Positions 39,796 to 49,795 of a stretch of 64,000 nucleotides of DNA are shown here, in pieces. The stretch is taken from the NCBI GenBank assembly GCA_963711835.1, contig CAVQFQ010000017.1, positions 64,001-128,000 of the forward strand, in the 5' to 3' direction. The notes under the pieces were generated by a model, which saw nothing but the letters and a program-made list of their open reading frames with translations, ran no database searches and was not told the DNA's origin. A program made the position numbers and the translations under genes. The stretch is from an uncultured delta proteobacterium (GTDB lineage: Bacteria; Desulfobacterota; RBG-13-43-22). Positions within the stretch are counted from its first letter, which is position 1, and each line of letters opens with the position of its first letter.

Positions 39796-40029
39796 CCCAT
39801 CAACATCGAATCAGTTCTTGCCTATAGCTCCGGAAGCCGACCATCAGACCCTGCCTTTGGCGCACTGCGCAAGACCAAGTGGAACATCAGAGCCTGAACG
39901 GCAGCTTCACCGGCAATCCTTCCGTTTTTTCTTTTAAACGTCCCACGCCATTCAATTAAACCAGCCGGATTACTCCATCGGGCAGACCTGCCTGGTCAGG
40001 TCAAGATTGCCCCTGGACAAAGGAGAATT

Positions 40030-41184
40030 ATGTCATTTACAACGTTTGCACTTCACCCTAACCTATTGAAAGCCATAACTAAAAAAGGCTTTGAGCAGCC
40101 CACCCCGATCCAGCGGCTGGCCATCCCGCACCTCCTCCAAGGCCGCGATATTATGGCCACAGCGGTGACGGGCAGCGGCAAAACCGCCGCTTTTCTGCTT
40201 CCCCTTCTCCACCAGATGATCGGGCAGCCCCGGGGAAAAACCCGGGCCCTGGTCCTGGTCCCCACCCGAGAGCTGGCTGCGCAGATCACGGAACACCTGG
40301 ACGACCTGGCCTGCTATACATCCATTAAAGCAGTGGCGGTCTATGGCGGGGTTTCCGCCGTACCCCAGGCCCAGGCCCTTCGCCGTAAGGTGGATTGGGT
40401 TATCGCCACCCCCGGCCGGCTCCTCGACCATATGCGGAACGAATATGCCCGGTTTGACGGCATCACTCATTTAGTGCTCGATGAGGCGGATCGCATGCTG
40501 GACATGGGCTTTCTCCCAGACATCCGGCGCATCCTGGCCAGCCTCCCGGTAAAGCGGCAGACTCTGTTTTTTTCAGCCACGTTGCCGGCGCCCATCGTGG
40601 CCCTGGCCCGGGAGATGTTGAAAGATCCGGTGTCCCTCAATATCACCCCGAAACCCCAGGCCGCCGCCGGGATTACCCAGGTGGCCTACCCCATCCCCCA
40701 GGAAATGAAATCAAACCTCTTGCTGGCCCTTCTTAATCAAAGCCAGTCCAAGAGCGTACTGGCCTTTACCCGGACCAAGCACCGGGCCAATCGACTGGCC
40801 GATTTCCTCGAAAAAAAAGGGGTGCGCTGCGGACGGATTCACGGCAATCGCAGCCAGGGTCAGCGGACCGAAGCCCTGGCCGGTTTTAAGGCCGGCCGCT
40901 TTCGAGTTCTGGTGGCCACCGACATTGCGGCCCGGGGTATTGATGTGGAGGCCCTCGGTCTGGTCTGCAATTTTGATGTCCCCGGCCAGGCAGAGGATTA
41001 TGTTCACCGGATCGGCCGGACCGGAAGGGCCGAAGTCGCCGGGGATGCCTGCACCCTGGTTTCACCGGATGAGGAGAAAACGCTCCGATCCATCGAACTG
41101 AGCCTCGGCCGGCGTATGCCCCGGAAAAAGGTCCCGGGTTTTAATTATGGGCAGGCCTGGGAACGGAAAAATTCCCTTCAATAA
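40030..41184 (+). CDS. DEAD-box RNA helicase (RhlE-like)
   Basis: Q motif, GSGKT, PTRELA, DEAD, SAT, HRIGRTGR. Confidence 0.95.
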   Translation: MSFTTFALHPNLLKAITKKGFEQPTPIQRLAIPHLLQGRDIMATAVTGSGKTAAFLLPLLHQMIGQPRGKTRALVLVPTRELAAQITEHLDDLACYTSIKAVAVYGGVSAVPQAQALRRKVDWVIATPGRLLDHMRNEYARFDGITHLVLDEADRMLDMGFLPDIRRILASLPVKRQTLFFSATLPAPIVALAREMLKDPVSLNITPKPQAAAGITQVAYPIPQEMKSNLLLALLNQSQSKSVLAFTRTKHRANRLADFLEKKGVRCGRIHGNRSQGQRTEALAGFKAGRFRVLVATDIAARGIDVEALGLVCNFDVPGQAEDYVHRIGRTGRAEVAGDACTLVSPDEEKTLRSIELSLGRRMPRKKVPGFNYGQAWERKNSLQ

Positions 41185-41188
41185 TTAC

Positions 41189-41243
41189 TTGAACCATTTG
41201 AATGAGCTGGTATAGTGAACCCGTCCCGACCTGACTAAGTCGG
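41189..41243 (+). promoter_or_regulatory. Promoter plus a downstream palindromic operator-like site
   Basis: TTGAAC-16 bp-TATAGT (extended TG), then CCGACCT-GACT-AAGTCGG. Confidence 0.45.
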
Positions 41244-41394
41244 AAAAGGATTTATCCGCCGCCCCACAGGGGAAAAGGCGGACCCTTTATCCTAACCGGC
41301 TTGGCGGGTCTCGGGAAAAAAAGTTGACCGGCCCTTCTTTCACCCGGACCCCTTAATAATTCCGGCCCAGCGGGCGGTAAAAGGTTTAAAACGT

Positions 41395-42381
41395 ATGTGC
41401 GAAGAACTGATGCCCGATCTTTTTCGGCTTGAAATTCCCCTGCCCGAAAGCCCGCTTAAATTTCTCAATTCTTATGTCATCAAAAGCCCGGACCGGAATT
41501 TAATCATCGATACCGGTCTCAACCGCCGGGAGTGCCTGGAGGCCATGCTGGCCGGGTTAGGGAAGCTGTCCGTCGATCTTAAGGACACCGATCTCTTCAT
41601 TACCCACTTGCATGCCGACCACTTCGGGCTGGTCACCAAATTGGCCGTTGATTCCAACCGGATTTTTTTCAGCCGCCCGGAGAAGGAGCTCATCGAATCC
41701 TGGGAAGGCTTTGAGGCCATGATCGTCTATGCCGGCCGGAACGGTTTCCCGCAGGATCAACTGCGGGCCGCCCTGGAAAAACACCCGGGAAAAAGGTACG
41801 GCTCGGACTGGATGCCGAAATTGACCCTCCTGGATGACGGGGATGAAATCCATTGCGGGCGCTATCATTTCCGCTGTCTGACCACGCCCGGTCATACCCT
41901 GGGACATATCTGTCTTTATGAGCCCGACCAAAAATTACTCGTGGCCGGAGACCATATCCTGGATGATATCACACCCAATATTCAATGCTGGACCGACCAG
42001 CAGAATCCTCTGAAATGGTATCTGGCCAGCCTCGACAAGGTTGCGGCCATGGAGGTAAGTTTGGTCCTGCCGGGACACCGGCGGCTCATCAGGGATCATC
42101 AAACCCGTATCGCTGAATTGAAACGGCACCATGAAAATCGCTTGGCCGAATGCCTGACCATCCTGAAAAACGGCCCGTTGAGCGCTTTTCAAACCGCCTC
42201 CAGGATGACCTGGGATATAAAATGTGACTCCTGGGAGGCCTTTCCGGTAACCCAGAAATGGTTTGCCACCGGAGAGGCCATTTCCCATCTGAGATACCTG
42301 GAAGAAGAGGGCCGCGTCGGCCGGGAATGGGAAAATGACATTACCCTTTATACCTTAAGAGGAAACTATGGAACTGATTAG
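41395..42381 (+). CDS. Metallo-beta-lactamase-fold hydrolase
   Basis: THLHADH, PGHT.GH, GDH, PGH. Confidence 0.9.
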   Translation: MCEELMPDLFRLEIPLPESPLKFLNSYVIKSPDRNLIIDTGLNRRECLEAMLAGLGKLSVDLKDTDLFITHLHADHFGLVTKLAVDSNRIFFSRPEKELIESWEGFEAMIVYAGRNGFPQDQLRAALEKHPGKRYGSDWMPKLTLLDDGDEIHCGRYHFRCLTTPGHTLGHICLYEPDQKLLVAGDHILDDITPNIQCWTDQQNPLKWYLASLDKVAAMEVSLVLPGHRRLIRDHQTRIAELKRHHENRLAECLTILKNGPLSAFQTASRMTWDIKCDSWEAFPVTQKWFATGEAISHLRYLEEEGRVGREWENDITLYTLRGNYGTD

Positions 42382-43045
42382 AACGGCCCTGGAACGAGGG
42401 CAAAAGGCCCTCTCGGAAACCCAGTCCAAAAAGCTGTTAGGCACTTACGGAATCCCCATTACCCGGGAAGAAATAGCCCGAAGCGCGGATGAAGCCGCAG
42501 CCCTGGCCGAAGGCCTCGGGTACCCGGTGGTCCTGAAAGCCTGTTCGCCGGAATTGATGCATAAAACCGAAGCCGGGGGTGTAGAAATCGGGCTCAAGTG
42601 CGCCTCCGAAGTCCGGGAGGCCTATCAGCGGATTAGCGGCTTGGTCCGAGTGCCCCTGGAAGGCATCCTGGTGCAGGAGATGGTCCGGGGCCCCCGGGAG
42701 CTGGTCTTAGGTTTGACCCGCGATGCCCAGTTTGGTCCCTGCGTCATGTTCGGACTGGGAGGCCTGATGACCGAGATCCTCAACGACACGGTTTTTCGGG
42801 TGGCCCCGTTGAATGCCGCTGAGGCCCTGGAAATGATGCAGGAAATAAGGTCCAAAGCGATTTTGGGTCCCTTTCGGGGCCAGGCCGCGGCTGACCTTTC
42901 GACCCTTGGACGATCCCTGATCGCCCTGGGGCAAATCGGGCTGGAAAACCCGGCTGTGGCCGAAATCGACATTAATCCCATGATGATTGATCCCGAAGGG
43001 CGGGTGAAGGCCGTGGATGCCCTGGTGGTGCTGCATGGAGAGTGA
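42368..43045 (+). CDS. NDP-forming acyl-CoA synthetase, beta (ATP-grasp) subunit
   Basis: GYPVVLK, HKTE.GGV, D.QFGP.VMFGLGG, EIDINP, AVDAL. Confidence 0.9.
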   Translation: MELIRTALERGQKALSETQSKKLLGTYGIPITREEIARSADEAAALAEGLGYPVVLKACSPELMHKTEAGGVEIGLKCASEVREAYQRISGLVRVPLEGILVQEMVRGPRELVLGLTRDAQFGPCVMFGLGGLMTEILNDTVFRVAPLNAAEALEMMQEIRSKAILGPFRGQAAADLSTLGRSLIALGQIGLENPAVAEIDINPMMIDPEGRVKAVDALVVLHGE

Positions 43046-44522
43046 GAGGACTGAAACCCACCACCAGCATCCTCTTTATTCCATGGTTCACCCCCGGAGC
43101 ATCGCCTTTTTCGGGGCCTCGAACCGATTTACCGCCATGGGCACCAACCAGCTCCATTCGTTGTTGTCGCTGGGATTTGAGGGAACCATCTATCCGGTAC
43201 ACCCCAAAGAAGACCAGGTTTTGGGTTTAAAGGCCTACCGGGATGTTATGGATCTGCCCGAAGTCCCGGATCTGGCGGTGATGGTCCTGCCCACGGCGGT
43301 TGTGCCGGAAACGCTTGAAAAATGCGGCCGTAAAGGGATCCGCCGGGCGGTTATCGTTTCCGGCGGGTTTAAAGAGGTCGGCGGTTCGGGAATGGATCTT
43401 GAAAAAGAACTGCTGGCCATCGCCGCTCATTACGGCATCCGCTTCCTGGGTCCGAACTGCCTGGGGGTGGTGAATCCTCATCACCGCTTCAATATGACTT
43501 TTTTGCCGTTTACCGGAAAGGCCGGATTCATCGGATTTGCTTCCCAGAGCGGAAGCTTTGTCACCCAGATGTTCGATTATCTGGCCGAGGTCGGATTGGG
43601 CTTTTCAACCGCTCTCAGCGTCGGCAACGAGGCTAATATCGACTTGGTGGACTGCCTGGACTACCTGGCCGGCTGCCCCCGAACCAAAGTGATCGGCATT
43701 TATATCGAAGCGATTCGCCGGGGCCGGGCTTTCCTGGAAGCCGCCCGAAGGATTGCCCCCCATAAGCCTATTGTGGCCTATTACGCAGGCGGGTCCGAGG
43801 CCGGCAAACGGGCCGGATTCTCCCATACCGGCGCCCTGGCCGGTCCGGACCGGCTTTACGACGGGGTCTTCAAACAAAGCGGGGTCATCCGGGCCAATTC
43901 CATGACCGAACTCTTCGATTTTTGCGGAGTCCTGGGTTCCTGTCCGCTACCCCGGGGAAACCGGTTGATTATCCTGACCCACTCAGGAGGGCCGGGCGCC
44001 ACGGCGGCCGACGCCTGCGGCCGAGCCGGGTTGGCCCTGACGGATTTCTCCCGGGAAACGATTGCCGGCATCGGTCCTTTCATGCCCCAGACCGGGAGTC
44101 TGAACAACCCCGTGGACCTTACCTTTACCAAAAACATGCAGGACTATTTTGAACGGATCCCAGAAGTACTCCTGAATGATCCCAACGCCGACGGCCTGTT
44201 GATTTATATAATTCTGTCCGATCCCTTATTACGGCGCCCCCTGCTGCATATGGGGGTTCCTGAAGAAGCCATACAGGACCAGATTGACCCTCTTATTGAA
44301 GAACTGGTTAAGACCGTCATGAAGCTGCCGGAGACTTCTCACAAACCGGTGATCGGCTATTCCTTCCGGTCCCACTTCGACCGGCTGATTCGGATCCTTC
44401 AGAACAGAGGTTTCCCGGTGCTGCCCTCTCCGGAACGGGCCGCCAGGGCCATGGCCGCCCTGGTACGATATGGCCAGGTCAGAGAGAAACTGGCCAGGAG
44501 CCAGGTGCCGTTAACGGGTTGA
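43035..44522 (+). CDS. NDP-forming acyl-CoA synthetase, alpha (CoA-binding) subunit
   Basis: PRSIA..GAS, GPNCLG, SQSGS, catalytic His in SHTGALAG, NPVD. Confidence 0.9.
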   Translation: MESERTETHHQHPLYSMVHPRSIAFFGASNRFTAMGTNQLHSLLSLGFEGTIYPVHPKEDQVLGLKAYRDVMDLPEVPDLAVMVLPTAVVPETLEKCGRKGIRRAVIVSGGFKEVGGSGMDLEKELLAIAAHYGIRFLGPNCLGVVNPHHRFNMTFLPFTGKAGFIGFASQSGSFVTQMFDYLAEVGLGFSTALSVGNEANIDLVDCLDYLAGCPRTKVIGIYIEAIRRGRAFLEAARRIAPHKPIVAYYAGGSEAGKRAGFSHTGALAGPDRLYDGVFKQSGVIRANSMTELFDFCGVLGSCPLPRGNRLIILTHSGGPGATAADACGRAGLALTDFSRETIAGIGPFMPQTGSLNNPVDLTFTKNMQDYFERIPEVLLNDPNADGLLIYIILSDPLLRRPLLHMGVPEEAIQDQIDPLIEELVKTVMKLPETSHKPVIGYSFRSHFDRLIRILQNRGFPVLPSPERAARAMAALVRYGQVREKLARSQVPLTG

Positions 44523-44716
44523 GGCGCTCGGGCGTTATAACGGAACTGCCGGAGTCTGCGGCCTCCTGGGTTTTTACAGAAAAAAGGTCTCCGCCTCAAG
44601 CGGACCAGGCCTGCGAATCTGAGGAATGAGGTCCGCCGCAGCGGACAGATGGACTTTTTGCGAAGGCGTCATCTTTGATGGAGGAATAAAGCCCAAATAG
44701 ACACAAGGAGGGACCA

Positions 44717-44905
44717 ATGGGAAGTCGCCCCGGATTTCATAAGAGTGAAAAAAGGCGGAAGGAGTTGACCCGCCAGAAGAAGAAAGAGGAGAAGGCCCAG
44801 CGCCGTCTGAATAAGGCTGCTGCCGGACCGGAAGGCCAGGAACCGGGATCGGAAACGCCGGAGACGGAAGAAGGGACCGAAAGCCGGGAAGACCCGACCT
44901 CCTGA
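44717..44905 (+). CDS. Small Lys/Arg-rich protein with an acidic tail
   Basis: AAGGAGG RBS; EKRRKELTRQKKKEEK. Confidence 0.7.
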   Translation: MGSRPGFHKSEKRRKELTRQKKKEEKAQRRLNKAAAGPEGQEPGSETPETEEGTESREDPTS

Positions 44906-44942
44906 ACCCGCTTTCCGGGCCGGCAAGAGTTGAGGTTAAATC

Positions 44943-45440
44943 GTGGCTGATATATTGTGTTTTTTTAGAAATCGGTGCACCACTGTCGAACAGATGGATG
45001 ACCAGACCCTTAAGGCGTCTTGTCGGCTCCAGGATCCTCTGCTGGAAGCCTGGGTGGAGATTTTGGTAAAACTGCCCGATCTTGAGATTGCCCGGGCCGG
45101 GGGCGCCATTATTCGATCCCTCGGAAAAACGGAACTCGAGGCCGACGAAGCTCTTAAAAACGTGGTCGGGATTCGGGTGGGACCGGGACTGAGAAAGATC
45201 CTGAAAGGGGTCATGGGCAGCTCCGCGCTTCATGAGCAGTTGACCTTTATGGTGGAGGAATGCTGCGGCAGCGTTATCCTGTCTTTCACCAAAGATGTCC
45301 TGGCTCAGGCCCCTAAAGACAGCCTGAAGGAAAAAGAGCATTTCTGGCATGTGGTGCGGTCAAATCCAAGATTGTATAATAGCTGTGCCGCGTTTGCGCC
45401 CGGCAGTCCTCTGGTGGAGGGGATTGAACCGCCCCGGTAA
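44943..45440 (+). CDS. DUF2889-like protein
   Basis: LEI..A, G.RVGPG.RK and C-terminal NSC.AF patterns. Confidence 0.6.
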   Translation: MADILCFFRNRCTTVEQMDDQTLKASCRLQDPLLEAWVEILVKLPDLEIARAGGAIIRSLGKTELEADEALKNVVGIRVGPGLRKILKGVMGSSALHEQLTFMVEECCGSVILSFTKDVLAQAPKDSLKEKEHFWHVVRSNPRLYNSCAAFAPGSPLVEGIEPPR

Positions 45441-45502
45441 GAGGACACCCCCTTTATGAGGAGGGCCTTTCATACGGCAATGGTTTCGAGGCTGGCAGCA
45501 TA

Positions 45503-46678
45503 ATGTTGAAGTTCGCCCGCAATAAATTGGTCAGCGTTTTCCAAAAAGACCAGGACACGCTTTTGGTTCATGGCCTTATGGAAGATGATATCTATGGCCT
45601 GGAGGTCGATGTGGCCTGGCGCCTGTCCGATCTGGAGATCGTATCCATTGACGGCAAATGGAAAAGGGCGGAAAATGCCTACTGTTCCCGAGGCATCCCT
45701 TTTCTGCAAGAAGCCGTCGGGTTCCGCCTGGACGAAGGGTTCCGCCAGAGAGTACAAAAAATTATCGGTCGGAAGGTCTGCCGGCATTTTGCCGACATCC
45801 TCCTCGAATGCGGCGATGTCGCCAGGGATGCGGCACTGGTCATCCGCGGCGAAACGGAAAGGGCCCTGACGCCCGATCCGGCCTTTGAAAAGGACCGTCT
45901 TAGGGACCGGGATAAATCGGCACTTCCTCCCGACCGGCAGGGCCTTTCAGCGGATCGCCCTCTCAAGGCTGAAGCAATCGGTCCGGTTGTTGCTGAAACG
46001 GTGAAGTCCGGGAAGGGGATGGTCATAGATCTTCATGTACACACCTCTCCGGCCTCTCCCTGCAGTTCGGTGACGGTGGCTGAACTCATACAAGAAGCCA
46101 AAAAAATAGGCCTCGACGGGTTCTGTCTGACCGATCATAACCATGTCTGGGATTCCAACGAGGTGGCGGATCTCAGGGAAAAACACCGGTTCCTCATCCT
46201 GAGAGGAAACGAAATTACGACCGATCAGGGAGACATGGTCGTCTTTGGTCTGGAAAAAGAGATCAAGGGGATCATTAAACTGGAGGAGCTCCGAAAGGAA
46301 GTCTTAATGGCCGGCGGCTTCATAATCGTGGCCCATCCCTTCCGGGGGTTTTTGACCTTCGGGGTGGGCCGGCTTGGACTGACTCCGGAAAAGGCCATGG
46401 AAAGACCCCTTTTCAAGTTGGTGGACGCAGTGGAAGTTATGAACAGCAAAGTCACGGAAAAGGAAAATACCTTTGCGGCCCGGGTGGCCGCGGGGCTGGG
46501 CCTGCCCGCCACGGGGGGAAGCGATGCCCACGAGGTTTCGGCCTTGGGGATCTATGCCACCCGGTTTCCCCGGGTCATTAAGGACGAAAAGGACCTTGTT
46601 GACGCCCTTAAGGGCAGACCATACACGCCGGTCGCCTTCCGGAGGGAAAGGAGTGCCTTGCATGGAAGCACCCCCTAA
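45503..46678 (+). CDS. DUF2889-like domain fused to a PHP phosphoesterase domain
   Basis: N-terminal C...G.RL..GFR.RV....C.HF; PHP motifs DLHVHT, TDHN, AHPFR, GGSDAH. Confidence 0.8.
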   Translation: MLKFARNKLVSVFQKDQDTLLVHGLMEDDIYGLEVDVAWRLSDLEIVSIDGKWKRAENAYCSRGIPFLQEAVGFRLDEGFRQRVQKIIGRKVCRHFADILLECGDVARDAALVIRGETERALTPDPAFEKDRLRDRDKSALPPDRQGLSADRPLKAEAIGPVVAETVKSGKGMVIDLHVHTSPASPCSSVTVAELIQEAKKIGLDGFCLTDHNHVWDSNEVADLREKHRFLILRGNEITTDQGDMVVFGLEKEIKGIIKLEELRKEVLMAGGFIIVAHPFRGFLTFGVGRLGLTPEKAMERPLFKLVDAVEVMNSKVTEKENTFAARVAAGLGLPATGGSDAHEVSALGIYATRFPRVIKDEKDLVDALKGRPYTPVAFRRERSALHGSTP

Positions 46679-48077
46679 CTGGGAAAAAGTAGTCAGGAGA
46701 ATGGAAACCTTACTGCGTCTGAAGTCCTTTCCGGTGGCCTTCAAGATGCTGGAGAAAAGGGAGGAGCTGAATTCTATTCCTTTCTTGCGCCGGGCCCAGG
46801 GCAAGAGGACCCTCTGTCAACTCATTACCCTGGTCAGAAATTTCGACTGGACCGTGGGGGCGGAACAAGAAGATTTTCTTTCGCCCATGTGCCCCTCCAT
46901 CATCGGCCTGAGCGACACCCCGGCCGTCTTCAAGGACGGCACCTTTCGCAGCATTGTCTGGGTCAAAACCAAAGCGGACGGCCGGAAATTTGAAGCCGCC
47001 ATCCCCCGCCTCCCCCTGGGTAAATATCAGGCCCTGGCCATGGCTCCTTTGGTCTACAATCCCTTTGAGCCGGACCTGGTCCTCCTCTACGCCAATCCGG
47101 CCCAAATGATCCTGTTGATCAATGCCCTGCAATTTGAAGACTATGAGGTCCTGCAGTTCTACTGCGTCGGGGAATCCTCCTGTTCGGATGCCATTGCCCG
47201 ATGCTATCTGACCGGAAAACCCTCCTTGACCATTCCCTGTTATGGGGAACGCCGCTATGGGCACGCCCAGGATGAAGATTTGGTGATGGCCATCCCGGCC
47301 GGGATGATGGCCAAGGTCCTGCGAGGCCTGGAAGCACTTTACCGGCGAGGCATTCGCTACCCGATCAGTTTTGCCGGGGCTGAGCAGGATTTGACGACCG
47401 CCTTTCCCATGTCCTATGGCGGCCTGCATCGCCTGGAGGCCCTTCGGGGAAATGACCGGCGCCTGCTTCTGGGGGTGACCGGGGGAATCGCCACGGGGAA
47501 AAGCACGGTGGTGAACCTGCTGAAAGAATTCGGCGCCCCGGTTATTGACTTTGACCTCATCGCCCGGGAAGTGGTCGAGCCGGAAAAACCGGCCTGGAAG
47601 GATATTGTGGCCTATTTCGGGGAGCAGGTCCTCCAGGAAGACCGGCAGTTGGACCGGAAAAAATTATCGGATATTGTTTTCCGGGACCTTGAAAAAAGGA
47701 AGAAACTGGAAAGCTTTACCCATCCGCGGATTAATGAGGAATTCGTCAAACAATTAAAGGCCATCGTGGAGAAAGATCCGGGGGCCATCATTCAGGTGGA
47801 CATTCCCCTGTTGATCGAACTGAATCTCCAGTATATGTTTCACAAAACCCTGGTGGTTTATGTCCCAATGGAAAAGCAGGTGGAACGGCTCATGGCCAGG
47901 GACGGGATCACGCAAGAAGAGGCCGCCGATCGGCTTAAGGCCCAGTTGCCCATTGAGGAAAAGGTGGGCTATGCCGATTTTGTAATCCATAACGAAGGAT
48001 CCCTGGAGGAAACGCGAAGGCAGGCCGAAGAGCTGTGGCAGACCTTAAAAAAAGTCCAGGAAGAAAAGACCTCCTGA
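46662..48077 (+). CDS. coaE: DUF169 domain fused to dephospho-CoA kinase
   Basis: N-terminal PVA.K, TLCQ, ANPAQ, SSCSD, PCYGER; C-terminal [32 protein letters not shown]. Confidence 0.85.
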   Translation: MEAPPNWEKVVRRMETLLRLKSFPVAFKMLEKREELNSIPFLRRAQGKRTLCQLITLVRNFDWTVGAEQEDFLSPMCPSIIGLSDTPAVFKDGTFRSIVWVKTKADGRKFEAAIPRLPLGKYQALAMAPLVYNPFEPDLVLLYANPAQMILLINALQFEDYEVLQFYCVGESSCSDAIARCYLTGKPSLTIPCYGERRYGHAQDEDLVMAIPAGMMAKVLRGLEALYRRGIRYPISFAGAEQDLTTAFPMSYGGLHRLEALRGNDRRLLLGVTGGIATGKSTVVNLLKEFGAPVIDFDLIAREVVEPEKPAWKDIVAYFGEQVLQEDRQLDRKKLSDIVFRDLEKRKKLESFTHPRINEEFVKQLKAIVEKDPGAIIQVDIPLLIELNLQYMFHKTLVVYVPMEKQVERLMARDGITQEEAADRLKAQLPIEEKVGYADFVIHNEGSLEETRRQAEELWQTLKKVQEEKTS

Positions 48078-48108
48078 ACCAGCCGCTTTGAAAGAGAGGA
48101 GAACAGCC

Positions 48109-49314
48109 ATGTTTTTTGAATTTTCCGACCGGGCCAGGGAACTCCAGGACCGGGTCAGGTCCTTTATGGACCGCACCATTTACCCCAACGAGGGGACCTT
48201 CTGTAAACAGCGCGATGAGGGCGACCGCTGGGAACCCCTGCCCCTCATGGAAGAACTGAAAAAGAAGGCCCAGGCCGAAGGCCTTTGGAACCTCTTCCTG
48301 CCTGAAAGCGAATACGGAGCCGGGCTGACCAACTACGAGTACGCACCCCTCTGTGAGATCATGGGCCGCTCCCCCTGGGCGCCGGAGGTCTTTAACTGCT
48401 CGGCCCCCGACACCGGCAACATGGAGACCCTGGTCCGCTACGGCAATGAAGACCAGAAGGAAAAGTGGCTCAAGCCTTTGCTGGAAGGAAAGATCCGTTC
48501 CGCCTTCTGCATGACCGAACCCGATGTGGCTTCCTCGGACGCCACCAACATCCAGGCCGCCATTGTTCGGGAAGGGGACGACTACGTGCTCAACGGCACC
48601 AAGTGGTGGGCTTCGGGCGGCGGCGACCCCCGCTGCCGGATATACATTTTCATGGGCAAGACCGACCCCCAGGGGCCGAAACACCGGCAGCAGTCCATGA
48701 TCCTGGTGCCCCGCGATACCCCCGGGGTAACAGTCCTTCGCAACCTCTCCGTTTTCGGCTATGACAGCGCCCCCCACGGGCACGCCCACATTCGCTTCGA
48801 AAACGTCCGGGTTCCGGCCGCCAACATGCTGCTTGGCGAGGGGCGCGGTTTCGAGATCGCCCAGGGACGCCTCGGGCCGGGGCGCATTCACCATTGCATG
48901 CGGACCATCGGCGTGGCCGAGCGGGCACTGGAGGAACTCATCAGGCGCGCCCGGTCCCGGGTAGCCTTTGGGAAACCGTTGGCCGAGATGGGATCGATCC
49001 GGCAGGATATCGCCCGATCCCGTATCGAAATCGACCAGGCCCGCCTTCTGACCCTGCAAGCCGCTTATATGATGGATACGGTCGGGAACAAGGTGGCCCG
49101 CAATGAAATCGCCATGATCAAGGTCGTCGCCCCCAATATGGCCTTGAAGGTCCTGGATCGGGCCATCCAGGTTCACGGCGGCCAGGGGGTTTCTTCGGAT
49201 ACCTGGCTGGCCGATGCCTGGGCCCATATTCGCACCTTGCGTCTGGCTGACGGGCCGGACGAAGTCCACCTGGAGACCATTGCCCGGTTGGAACTGAAGA
49301 AACAGGCCGGATAG
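48109..49314 (+). CDS. Acyl-CoA dehydrogenase (ACAD10/11- and LvaC-like)
   Basis: [50 protein letters not shown]. Confidence 0.93.
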   Translation: MFFEFSDRARELQDRVRSFMDRTIYPNEGTFCKQRDEGDRWEPLPLMEELKKKAQAEGLWNLFLPESEYGAGLTNYEYAPLCEIMGRSPWAPEVFNCSAPDTGNMETLVRYGNEDQKEKWLKPLLEGKIRSAFCMTEPDVASSDATNIQAAIVREGDDYVLNGTKWWASGGGDPRCRIYIFMGKTDPQGPKHRQQSMILVPRDTPGVTVLRNLSVFGYDSAPHGHAHIRFENVRVPAANMLLGEGRGFEIAQGRLGPGRIHHCMRTIGVAERALEELIRRARSRVAFGKPLAEMGSIRQDIARSRIEIDQARLLTLQAAYMMDTVGNKVARNEIAMIKVVAPNMALKVLDRAIQVHGGQGVSSDTWLADAWAHIRTLRLADGPDEVHLETIARLELKKQAG

Positions 49315-49326
49315 AAACAGAATAAA

Positions 49327-49392
49327 TTTTTTGCCACCGACAAAACAGGACGGGTGGGCGAACCGCCCACCAACCCGTCAGCGCCTTTGGCG
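49327..49392 (+). repeat. Second repeat family (TTTTTGCCAC.GACAAA..CAGGAC-hairpin-CGTCAGCGCCTTTGGCG), copy 1
   Basis: Homologous to the reverse complement of 53612-53683. Confidence 0.75.
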
Positions 49393-49409
49393 AATGATAA
49401 TGATTTAGT

Positions 49410-49710
49410 ATCGTTCAAAAGTTGTGGCACTAGCGCATTATGGCCTGACTGGGAACCGGGGGTCTCGATTTCAAGGCTTGTCCAAAGGGTGATCCTTCCC
49501 GCCAATCCGGCCCAGGTTTCTAAGGTTGTTTAGAGCCGGGCATTCACCCAACCGAACAAACAGCTTTGGTGTAGGCCTACTTAAGGCATTATCGTCAACC
49601 TTCCAGCCCGGTTTCAACGTGAGGAGTTTATGGTGGACAACCTTGAAATCGAGACCCCCGGTTCCCTTCCATCGGGTATTAGAAATATAAACCCACAACT
49701 TTTGAACGAT
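49410..49710. mobile_element. Nested palindromic element, copy B
   Basis: Outer 18-bp IR ATCGTTCAAAAGTTGTGG; inner 26-bp IR GGGAACCGGGGGTCTCGATTTCAAGG (49451/49666). Confidence 0.85.
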
Positions 49711-49795
49711 GCCAATGATTTTCAACTCGCCAAGCGAAGGCTGTTTTTGACCGGCGGGGTTCGCCGGTCAAAATAATAGGTCCGTTTTTGTCTGA

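Noticed and set aside
47935-49269. Long antisense ORFs (also 33349-34164, 37886-39025, 55405-56313 and 61407-62342)
   Set aside because: These are shadow frames opposite well-supported GC-rich genes and have no recognisable motifs.
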